This document shows positions 25,205 through 33,580 of a stretch of 64,000 nucleotides of DNA, piece by piece. Every line of letters begins with the position of its first letter. Positions within the stretch are counted from its first letter, which is position 1. Both the position numbers and the translations under genes were made by a program. The DNA is from Vicinamibacteria bacterium. Its GTDB lineage: Bacteria; Acidobacteriota; Vicinamibacteria; Marinacidobacterales; Marinacidobacteraceae. Where the stretch lies: contig OZ219816.1 in NCBI GenBank assembly GCA_964291235.2, positions 1,312,001 through 1,376,000 on the forward strand, given 5' to 3'. The notes beneath the pieces are model-generated. The model was given only the letters and a program-made list of their open reading frames with translations. It had not been told where the DNA came from and did no database searches.

Positions 25205-26620
25205 TCAGTCGTCGCTGTCGTTGACGTGTGTCGTTGGCGGGAGGATCCGGCCAGGCGTGATACGGCCGACAGCGCCGGCCTCGTGGAGCGTGGAAAGAAT
25301 GCGTCGGATTCGCTCAAGACGCTTGCGTCTCCCAGGGGCCGAAACGGTGTCGCCCGACGGGTAGAAGAGAGCCATGAGATCCGCGGGGGTGAGCGGGTGA
25401 TAGCGCTCCGGATCGTCGGCATGCCGCCAGTGGACGATCTTCTTGTTGCGGCGGATCGGATAGAGGGTCTTGCCGGGTTTGTGCCATTGGTAGGCGAGCC
25501 CGATCAGGCCGCGATAGGCGAGTGCGGACCGCGCGCCCCAGTAGCGGAGGCGAGGCATGTCCACGGCGGGGCCGTTCTCGGATCCGGGCGGGTAGAGGAC
25601 GCGCACGTGGAAACGCGAGTCGAGGCCGGCGCCGATGGCAGGGGGCAAGGCCTCGAGCGAGATGACGCGGCGGTCCGTTGGATCGCCGGTTGCCGGGTCG
25701 AGCCAGCGGACCCTTGCGGCGTCCGAGTCGTAAAAACGGAGGGCTTCGCGAAGCGCGGGCCAATCCCGCCCCACGCGCCAATTGGCGGCTCCGTTCTGCC
25801 GGAGCCAGTTGACGAGATCCCGGACCGTGAACTCAAGCAGCGCCCCATCCCGGTGGTCCCGCCGGTCGAGCGGCACGGCCGCGAGAAACTCCGTCCCGAG
25901 CCGCAGGTTGATCGGGGCGGCGGAATGCCCGCCGCCGCCTGCGAAGGTAGGCCCGCCTGCACGGTCGAAGGCGGCAAGCCAGGCGGGGATCTGCACCGTG
26001 GGCGCGCGCGGGTCAGAGAATCCCGGCAGTGTCGGCGCAGGATCGCTCGGCGCGCTGAGCGAAGCCGGCAGGGATTGCTGTTGGGAATGCACGCCAGCGG
26101 CGGGCATCATCAGGGTGCCCGCCGGCAGGATGGGGTCTTTCCGGACGGTCGGGAGGACGGGAAAAGCGGCCTGGACGACTTCGTCCAGCACGGATCTGCT
26201 GCGCTGGGGATCAGCCCAGATGTTGCTCATCTGTTCGAGCAGGAAGCGCCAGGCTTCGCCATGCTCGAGAACCTTCTGGTGCCAGACGTGCTTCCGGGAG
26301 AAGTCCTCCAGAATCGGAAGGCTGGCGAGCTGCTGCGCGAGATTCCGGAGCCGCGTGGCCGGCTGCCCGTACGGGTCGACGGCGTTGTTCCAGCGCTTCA
26401 GGCGGTGGGGGTTGAGCGCCTCCTGGAACACGCGGCGCGAATACTGGGTTGCGATCGAGAGGAGGAGTTTCCGGCGCTGCCGGAAAGCCTCTCGGTCGGA
26501 GGGAGTAGCGTTCGGGGCAGCCCGGTCCGCGAGTATGGCGTCGAGCGCCTGCGGCTCGCCCGGGCGGCGACGCGCCGGATCTTCACCGGAAGTCGCTTTC
26601 GCGACTTCCGATAATGATGC
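25205..26620 (-). CDS. Putative replication initiator (Rep); frame open from the dif spacer, first usable start GTG 26431
   Basis: Adjacent to the iterons, with wHTH-like segments (FTVRDLVNWL..WPALREAL; RIRRILSTLHEAG). There are 63 stop-free codons upstream of 26431, up to TAA at 26621-26623. No family match could be verified. Confidence 0.6.
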   Translation of the reverse strand, partial: ASLSEVAKATSGEDPARRRPGEPQALDAILADRAAPNATPSDREAFRQRRKLLLSIATQYSRRVFQEALNPHRLKRWNNAVDPYGQPATRLRNLAQQLASLPILEDFSRKHVWHQKVLEHGEAWRFLLEQMSNIWADPQRSRSVLDEVVQAAFPVLPTVRKDPILPAGTLMMPAAGVHSQQQSLPASLSAPSDPAPTLPGFSDPRAPTVQIPAWLAAFDRAGGPTFAGGGGHSAAPINLRLGTEFLAAVPLDRRDHRDGALLEFTVRDLVNWLRQNGAANWRVGRDWPALREALRFYDSDAARVRWLDPATGDPTDRRVISLEALPPAIGAGLDSRFHVRVLYPPGSENGPAVDMPRLRYWGARSALAYRGLIGLAYQWHKPGKTLYPIRRNKKIVHWRHADDPERYHPLTPADLMALFYPSGDTVSAPGRRKRLERIRRILSTLHEAGAVGRITPGRILPPTTHVNDSDD

Positions 26621-26631
26621 TTATGTAAAGT
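26604..26631 (+). other. dif: dif site (XerC arm - 6-bp spacer - XerD arm)
   Basis: ACTTCCGATAA-TGATGC-TTATGTAAAGT, compared with B. subtilis dif ACTTCCTAGAA-TATATA-TTATGTAAACT. It coincides with the G/C skew switch and the mobile/core boundary. Confidence 0.88.
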
Positions 26632-26670
26632 AGTGGGTGTTTTGGGCCGCCGAACGGCGCGCTCTGCTCC

Positions 26671-27573
26671 TCACCCTTCCTCCCCAAACGCCGCGACGTC
26701 GCGGTGGAACACGAACAACGCGTCCACGTCCTCCGAGGGCGACTCGAAGTTGTAGGTCCTGCCGCCGCGCACCTTCAGCCGCAGGTTGTTGTCCAGATAG
26801 TCGATTTCAAACCGTTCCGCCTGCCCGAACGGCAACTGGAACGCATCCTTGTGGTCCGTCCGGTAGTCAAACCCGTCCGCTGTCGCGACCAGCACCCCCT
26901 CACACGATCCGAACCGGTGCTTGTGCACCACCGGCACCCGCACGTCCAGCGTCGCCACCGAGTCGCCGAAGTCCACGCGCACGGGCACCGCCCGCCGGCC
27001 GACTTCCACTCGCCGGGAAACGACGTCGTGGCCTTCGACGGAAACCGTCAGGTTGTATCGCCCGGGCTGGAGATCCGCGATGGTGACCGGCGTGTTCCCC
27101 TTGAAGTTCCGATCCAGAAAGACATTCGCCCCCGCCACATCGCTCTCCACGACGATCGAACCCAGCATTTCGGTGAGCGTTGCGGCCAGCGATCGAGTTC
27201 GCCCACCGCGGATGGTGACGCTGACCTCCAGCGGGTGGAAGCCTTCTTTTTCGATGCGAACCGGAAACTCCCCGACGTCCAAATCCTCCCAGGTGCCCGG
27301 TACGGTGCCCAGCATCCGGCCGTTCAGGAGCACGCTCGCGCCATTCGTGCCTTCAATCTGCAGGGTGCCGGTGGTCGGCGCCGGCGGCGGAGGAGGTGGT
27401 GGCGCCCGGTCCGGCTCAGGCGCCTCGACGGGTGGCGCCTCCTCGACGGGAGCCGGCTCCTCGGGAGGGGCCGCCGGCTCCTCGTTTCCACCACAACCGG
27501 CGAGGAGTGCCAAGCCGATAAGAGGTGTCAGCCTCCAGGACAGGGCGCGCGTCCACTCAGCACGACGAGTCAT
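26671..27573 (-). CDS. PEGA-domain lipoprotein
   Basis: Lipobox LLAG-C, Pro-rich linker and two PEGA repeats (GASVLLNG..GTVP; GANVFLD..GNTP). Confidence 0.85.
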   Translation of the reverse strand: MTRRAEWTRALSWRLTPLIGLALLAGCGGNEEPAAPPEEPAPVEEAPPVEAPEPDRAPPPPPPPAPTTGTLQIEGTNGASVLLNGRMLGTVPGTWEDLDVGEFPVRIEKEGFHPLEVSVTIRGGRTRSLAATLTEMLGSIVVESDVAGANVFLDRNFKGNTPVTIADLQPGRYNLTVSVEGHDVVSRRVEVGRRAVPVRVDFGDSVATLDVRVPVVHKHRFGSCEGVLVATADGFDYRTDHKDAFQLPFGQAERFEIDYLDNNLRLKVRGGRTYNFESPSEDVDALFVFHRDVAAFGEEG

Positions 27574-28075
27574 CCACCGCGTCTCCTATCTCGCGATACG
27601 CCCGGTCGTAGTAGAGCAACGGTGGCGCGTCAGCGCGTTCTACCCTGCCCTCGATCACCCTGCCGATGAAGAGCGTGTGGTCACCCTCCCGGTGAGCACC
27701 AACCGTGCGGCACTCGAGCCATCCGATGCTCCCCGAGAGCTGCGGCGGCTTCCCCGCGCCTCCGGCCTCGACGGCACCAGCAAACGCTCCGGCGAACTGG
27801 GTCGCGGAATCGAGCCCGGGCTTCGCGAAGTGCCCAGAAACCCCAGCCTGATCGGAAGCGAGGAGATGCACCCGAAATCCGGCGGCGGCGATCCCGGCGT
27901 GCGCCTGCGCGGAATTCATGATCGAAACCAGCACCAGCGGCGGCTCAAGGCTCACTGAAGTGAACGAACTGACGGTGATGCCCCGCGGGCCCTCGGGACC
28001 CGTGGTGGTTACCACGGTCACCAATTGCGGCGCGCAGCGCATCAGCGCCCGGATTGCCGAAGCGGCGTCGCTCAT
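27557..28075 (-). CDS. Flavin reductase family protein
   Basis: VTVVTT..GITVSSFTSVSLEPPLVLV and GDHTLFIG. Confidence 0.92.
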   Translation of the reverse strand: MSDAASAIRALMRCAPQLVTVVTTTGPEGPRGITVSSFTSVSLEPPLVLVSIMNSAQAHAGIAAAGFRVHLLASDQAGVSGHFAKPGLDSATQFAGAFAGAVEAGGAGKPPQLSGSIGWLECRTVGAHREGDHTLFIGRVIEGRVERADAPPLLYYDRAYREIGDAVDDSSC

Positions 28076-28554
28076 GCGGCGCTGGTGTTGTCGAGCTCCT
28101 CGAAATCGGCCGTGTAGCGGATGTCCACCCCGCCCTTCAGGGTATTGGCCAACGGGCAGCCACGCTCATGGAAGCGCAGCGCCCGTTCCGCCTCGGCGCG
28201 CTTGCCCGAAGGTACGGCAACCCGGTACCGAATCCGGATGGCGCGCAGCGCCATCACGCCGTCTTCGTCCACGATGTCGCCTTCAACGTCTGCCGAAAGC
28301 CGATTCGGCTGGCTGGGAATTCCGCGTACTTCGAGCGCCCGCCCGAAAGTCCCCACCATTCAACCGCCGGTGGCGGCGACGACGTAGTCGAGGGTCGCGG
28401 GCAGCTCCTCGGCCGGGGTGACTCCGTAGAACGCGGCGATTCCGCTATGGACTCCGAAACGCACCGGCTGGTCGAAGTCTTCCAGAAAAGCCTGCCGGAC
28501 CGGGCCGGCTTGCTTGACGACCCGCGCGTGACAGGTATGGACGACCTTGCTCAT
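28072..28554 (-). CDS. OsmC-like peroxidase, probable selenoprotein (U65; TGA at 28360-28362)
   Basis: Two abutting in-frame ORFs give DYVVAATGG-TGA-MVGTF, at the position of the first OsmC Cys. The second Cys is in ERGCPLANTL. Confidence 0.8.
28328..28350 (-). promoter_or_regulatory. Candidate bacterial SECIS for the OsmC-like gene
   Basis: ACUU(U)CGGGC-GGGC-GCUCGAAGU hairpin with a bulged U and G-rich loop, starting 9 nt after the UGA. Confidence 0.55.
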
Positions 28555-29096
28555 CGTGACACGTTGAAGATGTCGGAACGAAGCATCTTCACCGGGGCCC
28601 CCGCCTTTGCAGTCGGCAGGGACAGCTCGAGGGTCGTGCTGGTGGGGGCGCTGCAGGCGTTGTCCGTGCAGAGCTGGTAGCGGACCAGCACTTCGGCGTT
28701 CGCCGCCCGTCCTCGCTCGAGGACGGAGGTCACCGGAATCCGGATGGCTACCGTGCCCTCGTAGAGGTCATATTCGCCGAGGCCGGAAAGATCGCGCCGG
28801 ATGGGCGTCGGATAGTCAGGCTCACCGGCTTCGAAAGCACCGCCCTCAACGAGTTCCACGACCGTTGCCGTCGGGAATGCCTCCTCGGGCCCGTAGAGGT
28901 GATACCCCTCGTCGAGTTCCGCAACCACCGCGACTGCGAGTTGGTCGCCGGGGCGCACGGGAGACTGGGAGGCCACCAGTTCGAACTTCGCCGCGTTGTC
29001 CCAGTCGGGAATCATGGGCGCCTGGGCAGCCGGGGCGGCCGCGAGGGCGCCGGACACGCCCAGGAGGAGAGCAAACAGCGGGAGAGGGTGTTTCAT
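28551..29096 (-). CDS. DsbD N-terminal-domain protein (secreted)
   Basis: Signal peptide, ELDEGYHLYG, PDYPTP, LYEG and YQLCTDNACSAP. Confidence 0.85.
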   Translation of the reverse strand: MKHPLPLFALLLGVSGALAAAPAAQAPMIPDWDNAAKFELVASQSPVRPGDQLAVAVVAELDEGYHLYGPEEAFPTATVVELVEGGAFEAGEPDYPTPIRRDLSGLGEYDLYEGTVAIRIPVTSVLERGRAANAEVLVRYQLCTDNACSAPTSTTLELSLPTAKAGAPVKMLRSDIFNVSR

Positions 29097-29128
29097 GAGG
29101 CGAAACTCCTTTGGGAAAGGACGGAACA

Positions 29129-29710
29129 TCAGGATCCTCCGAGACGGGAGATCTCGGCAAGGATCTCGTCCGGAGGTGTTCGGTCGCGGTAGTTCACCCA
29201 CACGTTGACGAACCGGACCACGCCGTCACCGTCCACGATGATCGTCGCGGGATGGGGAATCCCTTCGCGGTCCGTCCCGGCGTGATCCGGGTTGGGGATG
29301 CCGTAGTCAGCGATGACCGAACCGCCTTCAACGAGGATCGGGAAGGTCCAGTCATTCTTCGAAAGCCACATCAGAGTGTCGCCTGGCCCGTACTTGGAGA
29401 TTCCGAGGACGGTGACGCTCTGCGTTTCGAACTGATCCAAAGACTGTTGCAACTCGCCGAGTTGCGCAATGCAGAATGGTCACCAGCCTCCACTGCGGAA
29501 GAACTCGAGGACGACCGGCCCGCCTTTGACGAGATCGGAAAGCCGATAGCTGGCGCCGTGGGCGTCCTTGAGCTCGAAATCGGGAGCTGGGTCGCCGACC
29601 TTCACGGTCGCAGTGTCGGCATCCTGCGCGACTCCGCTGGCGGCCCCGAGGCCGACGGTCAAACCGGCGATCAGTAGTGCAGAGGTGGTACTTCGAACCA
29701 TGCGGGCCAT
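29129..29710 (-). CDS. Exported AhpC/TSA peroxiredoxin-like protein, probable selenoprotein (U77, UxxC; TGA at 29480-29482)
   Basis: VGDPAPDFELKD..VVLEFFRSGGW-TGA-PFCIAQLGELQ continues in frame into PHPATIIVDGDGVVRF. Confidence 0.85.
29447..29469 (-). promoter_or_regulatory. Candidate bacterial SECIS for the peroxiredoxin-like gene
   Basis: Perfect stem GCAACUC-GGC-GAGUUGC about 14 nt after the UGA. Confidence 0.55.
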
Positions 29711-29876
29711 TCTAGCCCCGGCGCGGGCGAACCGAGAGGGGGCGCGCAGGAAGGAAATGTCGCGCTCTCGGAGTGCCGAAGAAACGGCCCCGCCTCGCGG
29801 AAATCAGAACCCGTACCGGGGAATTCCGGAATCCCCGGGCTCCCCAGCGACCTTCCGGTGTTTAGCTCCTGCCTGG

Positions 29877-30752
29877 CTAACTTGTTGATTCTGCTTCGCT
29901 TGGCTCCGATGTCGGCGCGCCGACATCCTCTTCTTTCGCTTCGAGCTGTTGGAGGAGAGTCCGCAGCGCCTCCACGACCTCTGCCTCTTCCACCTCGCTG
30001 CGGCGGAACGTCAGTTGGAGCCGGAACGGTCCACCCCGCGGCGAATATCGAAACACGAAGGGCCGCGGCCGTTCTCCCTTGCGCTTCCGGCGTTTGGGGG
30101 TTGGCTCTTCAAGCCCCTGAGCGAGGCGCTGGACACAGGCCAGCATCGCCTCCGCGTCCGGTTCCCGCGCCACCCGCAAGAGCTGCCGGCGGGACACGAT
30201 CCCGGATGCCTGGCAGACCTCCCGAATTTCCTCCGGAATATGGAGCAGCGCAAGCGTTTCGGTGATCGACGTGCGTCCCTTGCCGACCCGGCGCGCCAGG
30301 GAGTCGTGGGTGTGTCCGTGTTCCCTGATGAGGCCCTCGTAGGCGACCGCCTCTTCAAAGGCCGAGAGATCGTCCCGTAGCAGGTTCTCCACCAGCGCCA
30401 ACTCGAGAGCATCCCCTTCCCCGGCCTCGCGCTCGACGCAGGGCACTTCGCGCAGGCCTGCCAGCACGGCGGCGCGATACCGGCGTTCGCCGGCGATGAT
30501 CTGGAAATCCTTGGGTCCCAGTCGCCGGACCAGGATGGGCTGCAGGATTCCCTGGTCCCGAATCGAGGTGGCGAGCGGTTCCAGAGTCCCGATGCGCTGA
30601 CGGGGCTGATGGGGGTTCGGGTGAATCTGGGCCGTCGGGATCATGCGCTGGCGAGCCCCCGGCTCATCGGGGGTCAGACCCGCCACGTAGTGGCTGTCGC
30701 GCGGCTTGAGACTGAGTTTTTCAGGAAGACCGGTTCGCTTGGACACGGGCAA
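29877..30752 (-). CDS. parB: ParB/Spo0J family protein
   Basis: PNPHQPR, GILQPILVR, IIAGERRYRA and ALVENLLR motifs plus an HTH. Confidence 0.92.
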   Translation of the reverse strand: MPVSKRTGLPEKLSLKPRDSHYVAGLTPDEPGARQRMIPTAQIHPNPHQPRQRIGTLEPLATSIRDQGILQPILVRRLGPKDFQIIAGERRYRAAVLAGLREVPCVEREAGEGDALELALVENLLRDDLSAFEEAVAYEGLIREHGHTHDSLARRVGKGRTSITETLALLHIPEEIREVCQASGIVSRRQLLRVAREPDAEAMLACVQRLAQGLEEPTPKRRKRKGERPRPFVFRYSPRGGPFRLQLTFRRSEVEEAEVVEALRTLLQQLEAKEEDVGAPTSEPSEAESTS

Positions 30753-31497
30753 GCACCTCCTGAGACAGGCGCCGATAGTCCTCGGCGCCTCGGGAGTTGG
30801 GTGCGAAACTGAAGATCGATTCCTTGTACGCGGGACTCTCCTCGAGTCGTACGTTCCTGCTGATCAGGGTCCGAAATACGGCCTTCCCGAAGTGCCGGCG
30901 AATTTTCCGAATCGCATCGCGGGCAATCTTCGTGCGTTGGTCAGCCATGGTGATGACAACCCCGAGGAGGGACAGGTCGGGATTGGGACGGCGACGCACC
31001 TGCTCGAGCGTATCGAGAAGATCGTCGGCCCCTTCCAGAGCGTAGTACGTCGGCGGCAGGGGCAACAGTACATAGTCACTCGCGACCATCGCATTCACCG
31101 TAATCAGACCCAGGGTCGGCGGCGTGTCGATCACGACGAAGTCGAACTGCTCCCGAACGTGTTGAATGCGGTCGCGCAGTCGATAGTGGGCGTCGATGTC
31201 GCCGAGCAGTTGTCGCTCCAGCTTGGCCAGCGAGATGCGCGCTTCGGCGACGGACAGTCTTTCCACGCTGGTGGGGCTGATGATGTCCGCGAAGCGGACC
31301 TCGCCGGTCAGCGCCTCCAGCATCGAACGCCGGGACGGATCGGGCTCGATGACACTCACCGAGGCGTTGGCTTGCGGATCTACGTCAACCAGGAGGGTCC
31401 GGTGTCCGGCGCCTGCAAACGCTGCCGCCAGGTTGACCGCGGTGGTGGTCTTGGCCACCCCTCCCTTCTGGTTCGCTACGGTGATGGTGGCGCGCAT
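30721..31497 (-). CDS. parA: ParA/Soj family ATPase
   Basis: ANQKGGVAKTT, DVDPQANAS, IDTPPTLG and ISRNVRLEESP. Confidence 0.93.
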   Translation of the reverse strand: MRATITVANQKGGVAKTTTAVNLAAAFAGAGHRTLLVDVDPQANASVSVIEPDPSRRSMLEALTGEVRFADIISPTSVERLSVAEARISLAKLERQLLGDIDAHYRLRDRIQHVREQFDFVVIDTPPTLGLITVNAMVASDYVLLPLPPTYYALEGADDLLDTLEQVRRRPNPDLSLLGVVITMADQRTKIARDAIRKIRRHFGKAVFRTLISRNVRLEESPAYKESIFSFAPNSRGAEDYRRLSQEVLARVQANRSS

Positions 31498-31506
31498 ACC
31501 CGGAGC

Positions 31507-32007
31507 TCAGTGCGTGTCGCCGAGATCATCCTCGTCCAGAGCCTCGAGCCAGTCGCCGAGCGCTTCGCTGTCTTCCGGCGGTTCGACATCTTCGGCCATG
31601 AGCTCCTCGGCGCGCTTCGCCCCCCGTTCAATGACGCGGGAATGGACGAAGATGGGCGCTCTCGTTCTCAGGGCCAGCGCGATGGCGTCGCTCGGCCGGG
31701 CATCGACCGCGAGCCGCTGGCGTTTTCGCTCCAGGTGGACGTGCGCATAAAAGGTGTTGTCCTGGACATCGTGGATCACCACTTTGGTAACCCTTGCATC
31801 CAGCTCCCGCAGCAGTTCCCGAATCAGGTCGTGCGTGAACGGCCGGGGCGGCTCATAGTTCTCGATCTGCAGGCCGATGGCGCGGACTTCCATGGGCCCA
31901 ACCCAAATGGGCACTTCACGATCGCCCGACTCCTCCTTGAGCATCACCACCGCCGCACTGGTCCGCGGCACCATCAGGATCGCCTTGATACTTACCTCAA
32001 TCTCCAC
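31507..32007 (-). CDS. Bifunctional nuclease (DUF151) family protein
   Basis: VPIWVGPMEVRAI, PRPFTHDL and DARPSDAIALALR. Start GTG 32007 with RBS AAGGAG. Confidence 0.9.
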   Translation of the reverse strand: MEIEVSIKAILMVPRTSAAVVMLKEESGDREVPIWVGPMEVRAIGLQIENYEPPRPFTHDLIRELLRELDARVTKVVIHDVQDNTFYAHVHLERKRQRLAVDARPSDAIALALRTRAPIFVHSRVIERGAKRAEELMAEDVEPPEDSEALGDWLEALDEDDLGDTH

Positions 32008-32029
32008 GGTCAGCTCCTTCTGCGTCCCT

Positions 32030-33580
32030 TCATCCGGATGGCCTCGGCTCGCCGGCCCCGGCTCCCGCCTGAACCACCGGAAGAGGGATCCCCGACGACC
32101 AGGATTCCGGTCCCGCCACTGGAACCGGCGCCTCGCCGGCAGCGTGGCGTAGCTTCGGCGCCTCCACCAGCTCACCGAGCAAACTGTTCGGGCCGAATCC
32201 CGTGACCACGACTTCGGCAAAGCTTCCGGCGGCTTCCGCCGGACCCTGAAAGTTCACGATCCGATTGTCAGGGCCCCGTCCGGCGAGTTGGCCCCCCTTG
32301 CGGCTCGGCCCTTCAATCAGAACTTCCATCCGGCGGCCGACCAGATCGCGGTGCAGGGCGAGCTGGATGTCCCGTTGCCGACTCTGCAGCTCGATCAGCC
32401 GTCGCGTCTTCTCCGCGTCCGGAACATCATCAAGAAGCCGCTTCGACGCCAGAGTGTGGGGACGTTCCGAATACTTGAAGGAATAGACGGAGGAAAAACG
32501 CACTTCGTCGAGAAGGGTCAGAGTGTCTTCGAACTCTCGCCGGGTTTCACCGCAAAACCCCACGATCAGGTCGGTGGACAGAGCCAGATCCGGCGCCTTC
32601 TCCCGGGCCCGCCCGACGAGTTCCAGAAAGTCATCACGGGTGTAACCGCGACGCATTCGTTCCAGCACGCTGGTGGACCCGGACTGCGCGGGCAGATGCA
32701 TGTGCGGCATCAGGGGTCCCCCGGCCGCGAAACGATCCATGAGAGCCGTACTGAAGTCTTTCGGGTGAGGGCTCGTGAAGCGGATCCGGCGGATGCCGGC
32801 GACTGCACCCACCGCATCGGTGAGTTCGGCAAATCCCCGGCCATCTTCGGGATTCCGATAGGAATTGACGTTCTGGCCGAGGAGCTGAATCTCCCGGAAC
32901 CCCGACGCGGCCAGAGATTCCGCTTCGCGCACGATCCGGGACACGCTTCGGCACCGCTCGCGGCCGCGGGTGAACGGCACCACGCAGAAGGAGCAGAAGT
33001 TGTCACAGCCCTCCATGATGGTGATGTAGGCCTTCACTCCGGGAATTCGATCGATCTGTTCCGGCGGGATGTCGAGGTTGTCCGGGTGCCGTCCGATCTC
33101 GACGACGTGCGACTCGCCGTCGAGCAACCGGCGCACCACGTCCGGAAGACACACCAGGCTCTGGGTGCCGAGGACGAAATCCACCGCCGGCGCCCGGCCG
33201 AAGATGGCGCCCCCTTCCTGCTGGGCAACGCAGCCCGCGACCCCGATGAGCCGGGGGCGCTCCTGGCCCCGGCCGACCAGTTGCTCGACCCGGGCAAACA
33301 CCTTCTCCTGCGCTTTTTCCCGAACGGAACAGGTATTGAGAACAACGATGTCCGCGGGCCGGGCGTCTGCGGACCGGGCGTCCGTGGTCTGGGCGTCCGC
33401 TGGACGGCAGCCGAGCGATCCGAGCGCGGCCGCCATCTTCTCGGAATCGTGCACGTTCATCTGGCAGCCCCACGTCTCGATCCGGAACCGCAGGGAAGCC
33501 GGCTCCCCACGCCTCCCCGAAGGATCCAACATCGGTTCGGACGTCCGCCGAGGCACGAAATCCGCTGCGCTGACGGTCAT
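32030..33580 (-). CDS. miaB: tRNA-i6A37 methylthiotransferase
   Basis: TWGCQMNVHDSE, NTCSVREKA, radical-SAM CDNFCSFC and a TRAM domain. Confidence 0.95.
   Translation of the reverse strand: MTVSAADFVPRRTSEPMLDPSGRRGEPASLRFRIETWGCQMNVHDSEKMAAALGSLGCRPADAQTTDARSADARPADIVVLNTCSVREKAQEKVFARVEQLVGRGQERPRLIGVAGCVAQQEGGAIFGRAPAVDFVLGTQSLVCLPDVVRRLLDGESHVVEIGRHPDNLDIPPEQIDRIPGVKAYITIMEGCDNFCSFCVVPFTRGRERCRSVSRIVREAESLAASGFREIQLLGQNVNSYRNPEDGRGFAELTDAVGAVAGIRRIRFTSPHPKDFSTALMDRFAAGGPLMPHMHLPAQSGSTSVLERMRRGYTRDDFLELVGRAREKAPDLALSTDLIVGFCGETRREFEDTLTLLDEVRFSSVYSFKYSERPHTLASKRLLDDVPDAEKTRRLIELQSRQRDIQLALHRDLVGRRMEVLIEGPSRKGGQLAGRGPDNRIVNFQGPAEAAGSFAEVVVTGFGPNSLLGELVEAPKLRHAAGEAPVPVAGPESWSSGIPLPVVQAGAGAGEPRPSG

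Larger units (their letters stand above)
1..26620 (-). mobile_element. Integrated conjugative plasmid-like element (IMEX-type ICE); left end outside the window
   Basis: Rep, iterons, primase, ArdC, relaxase-like gene, VirB/D4, parA and TA genes end at dif, and housekeeping genes start immediately after. Confidence 0.85.

Noticed and set aside
26560-26700. tRNA or tmRNA integration site
   Set aside because: No cloverleaf, T-loop or CCA end is visible; the junction is dif-like.
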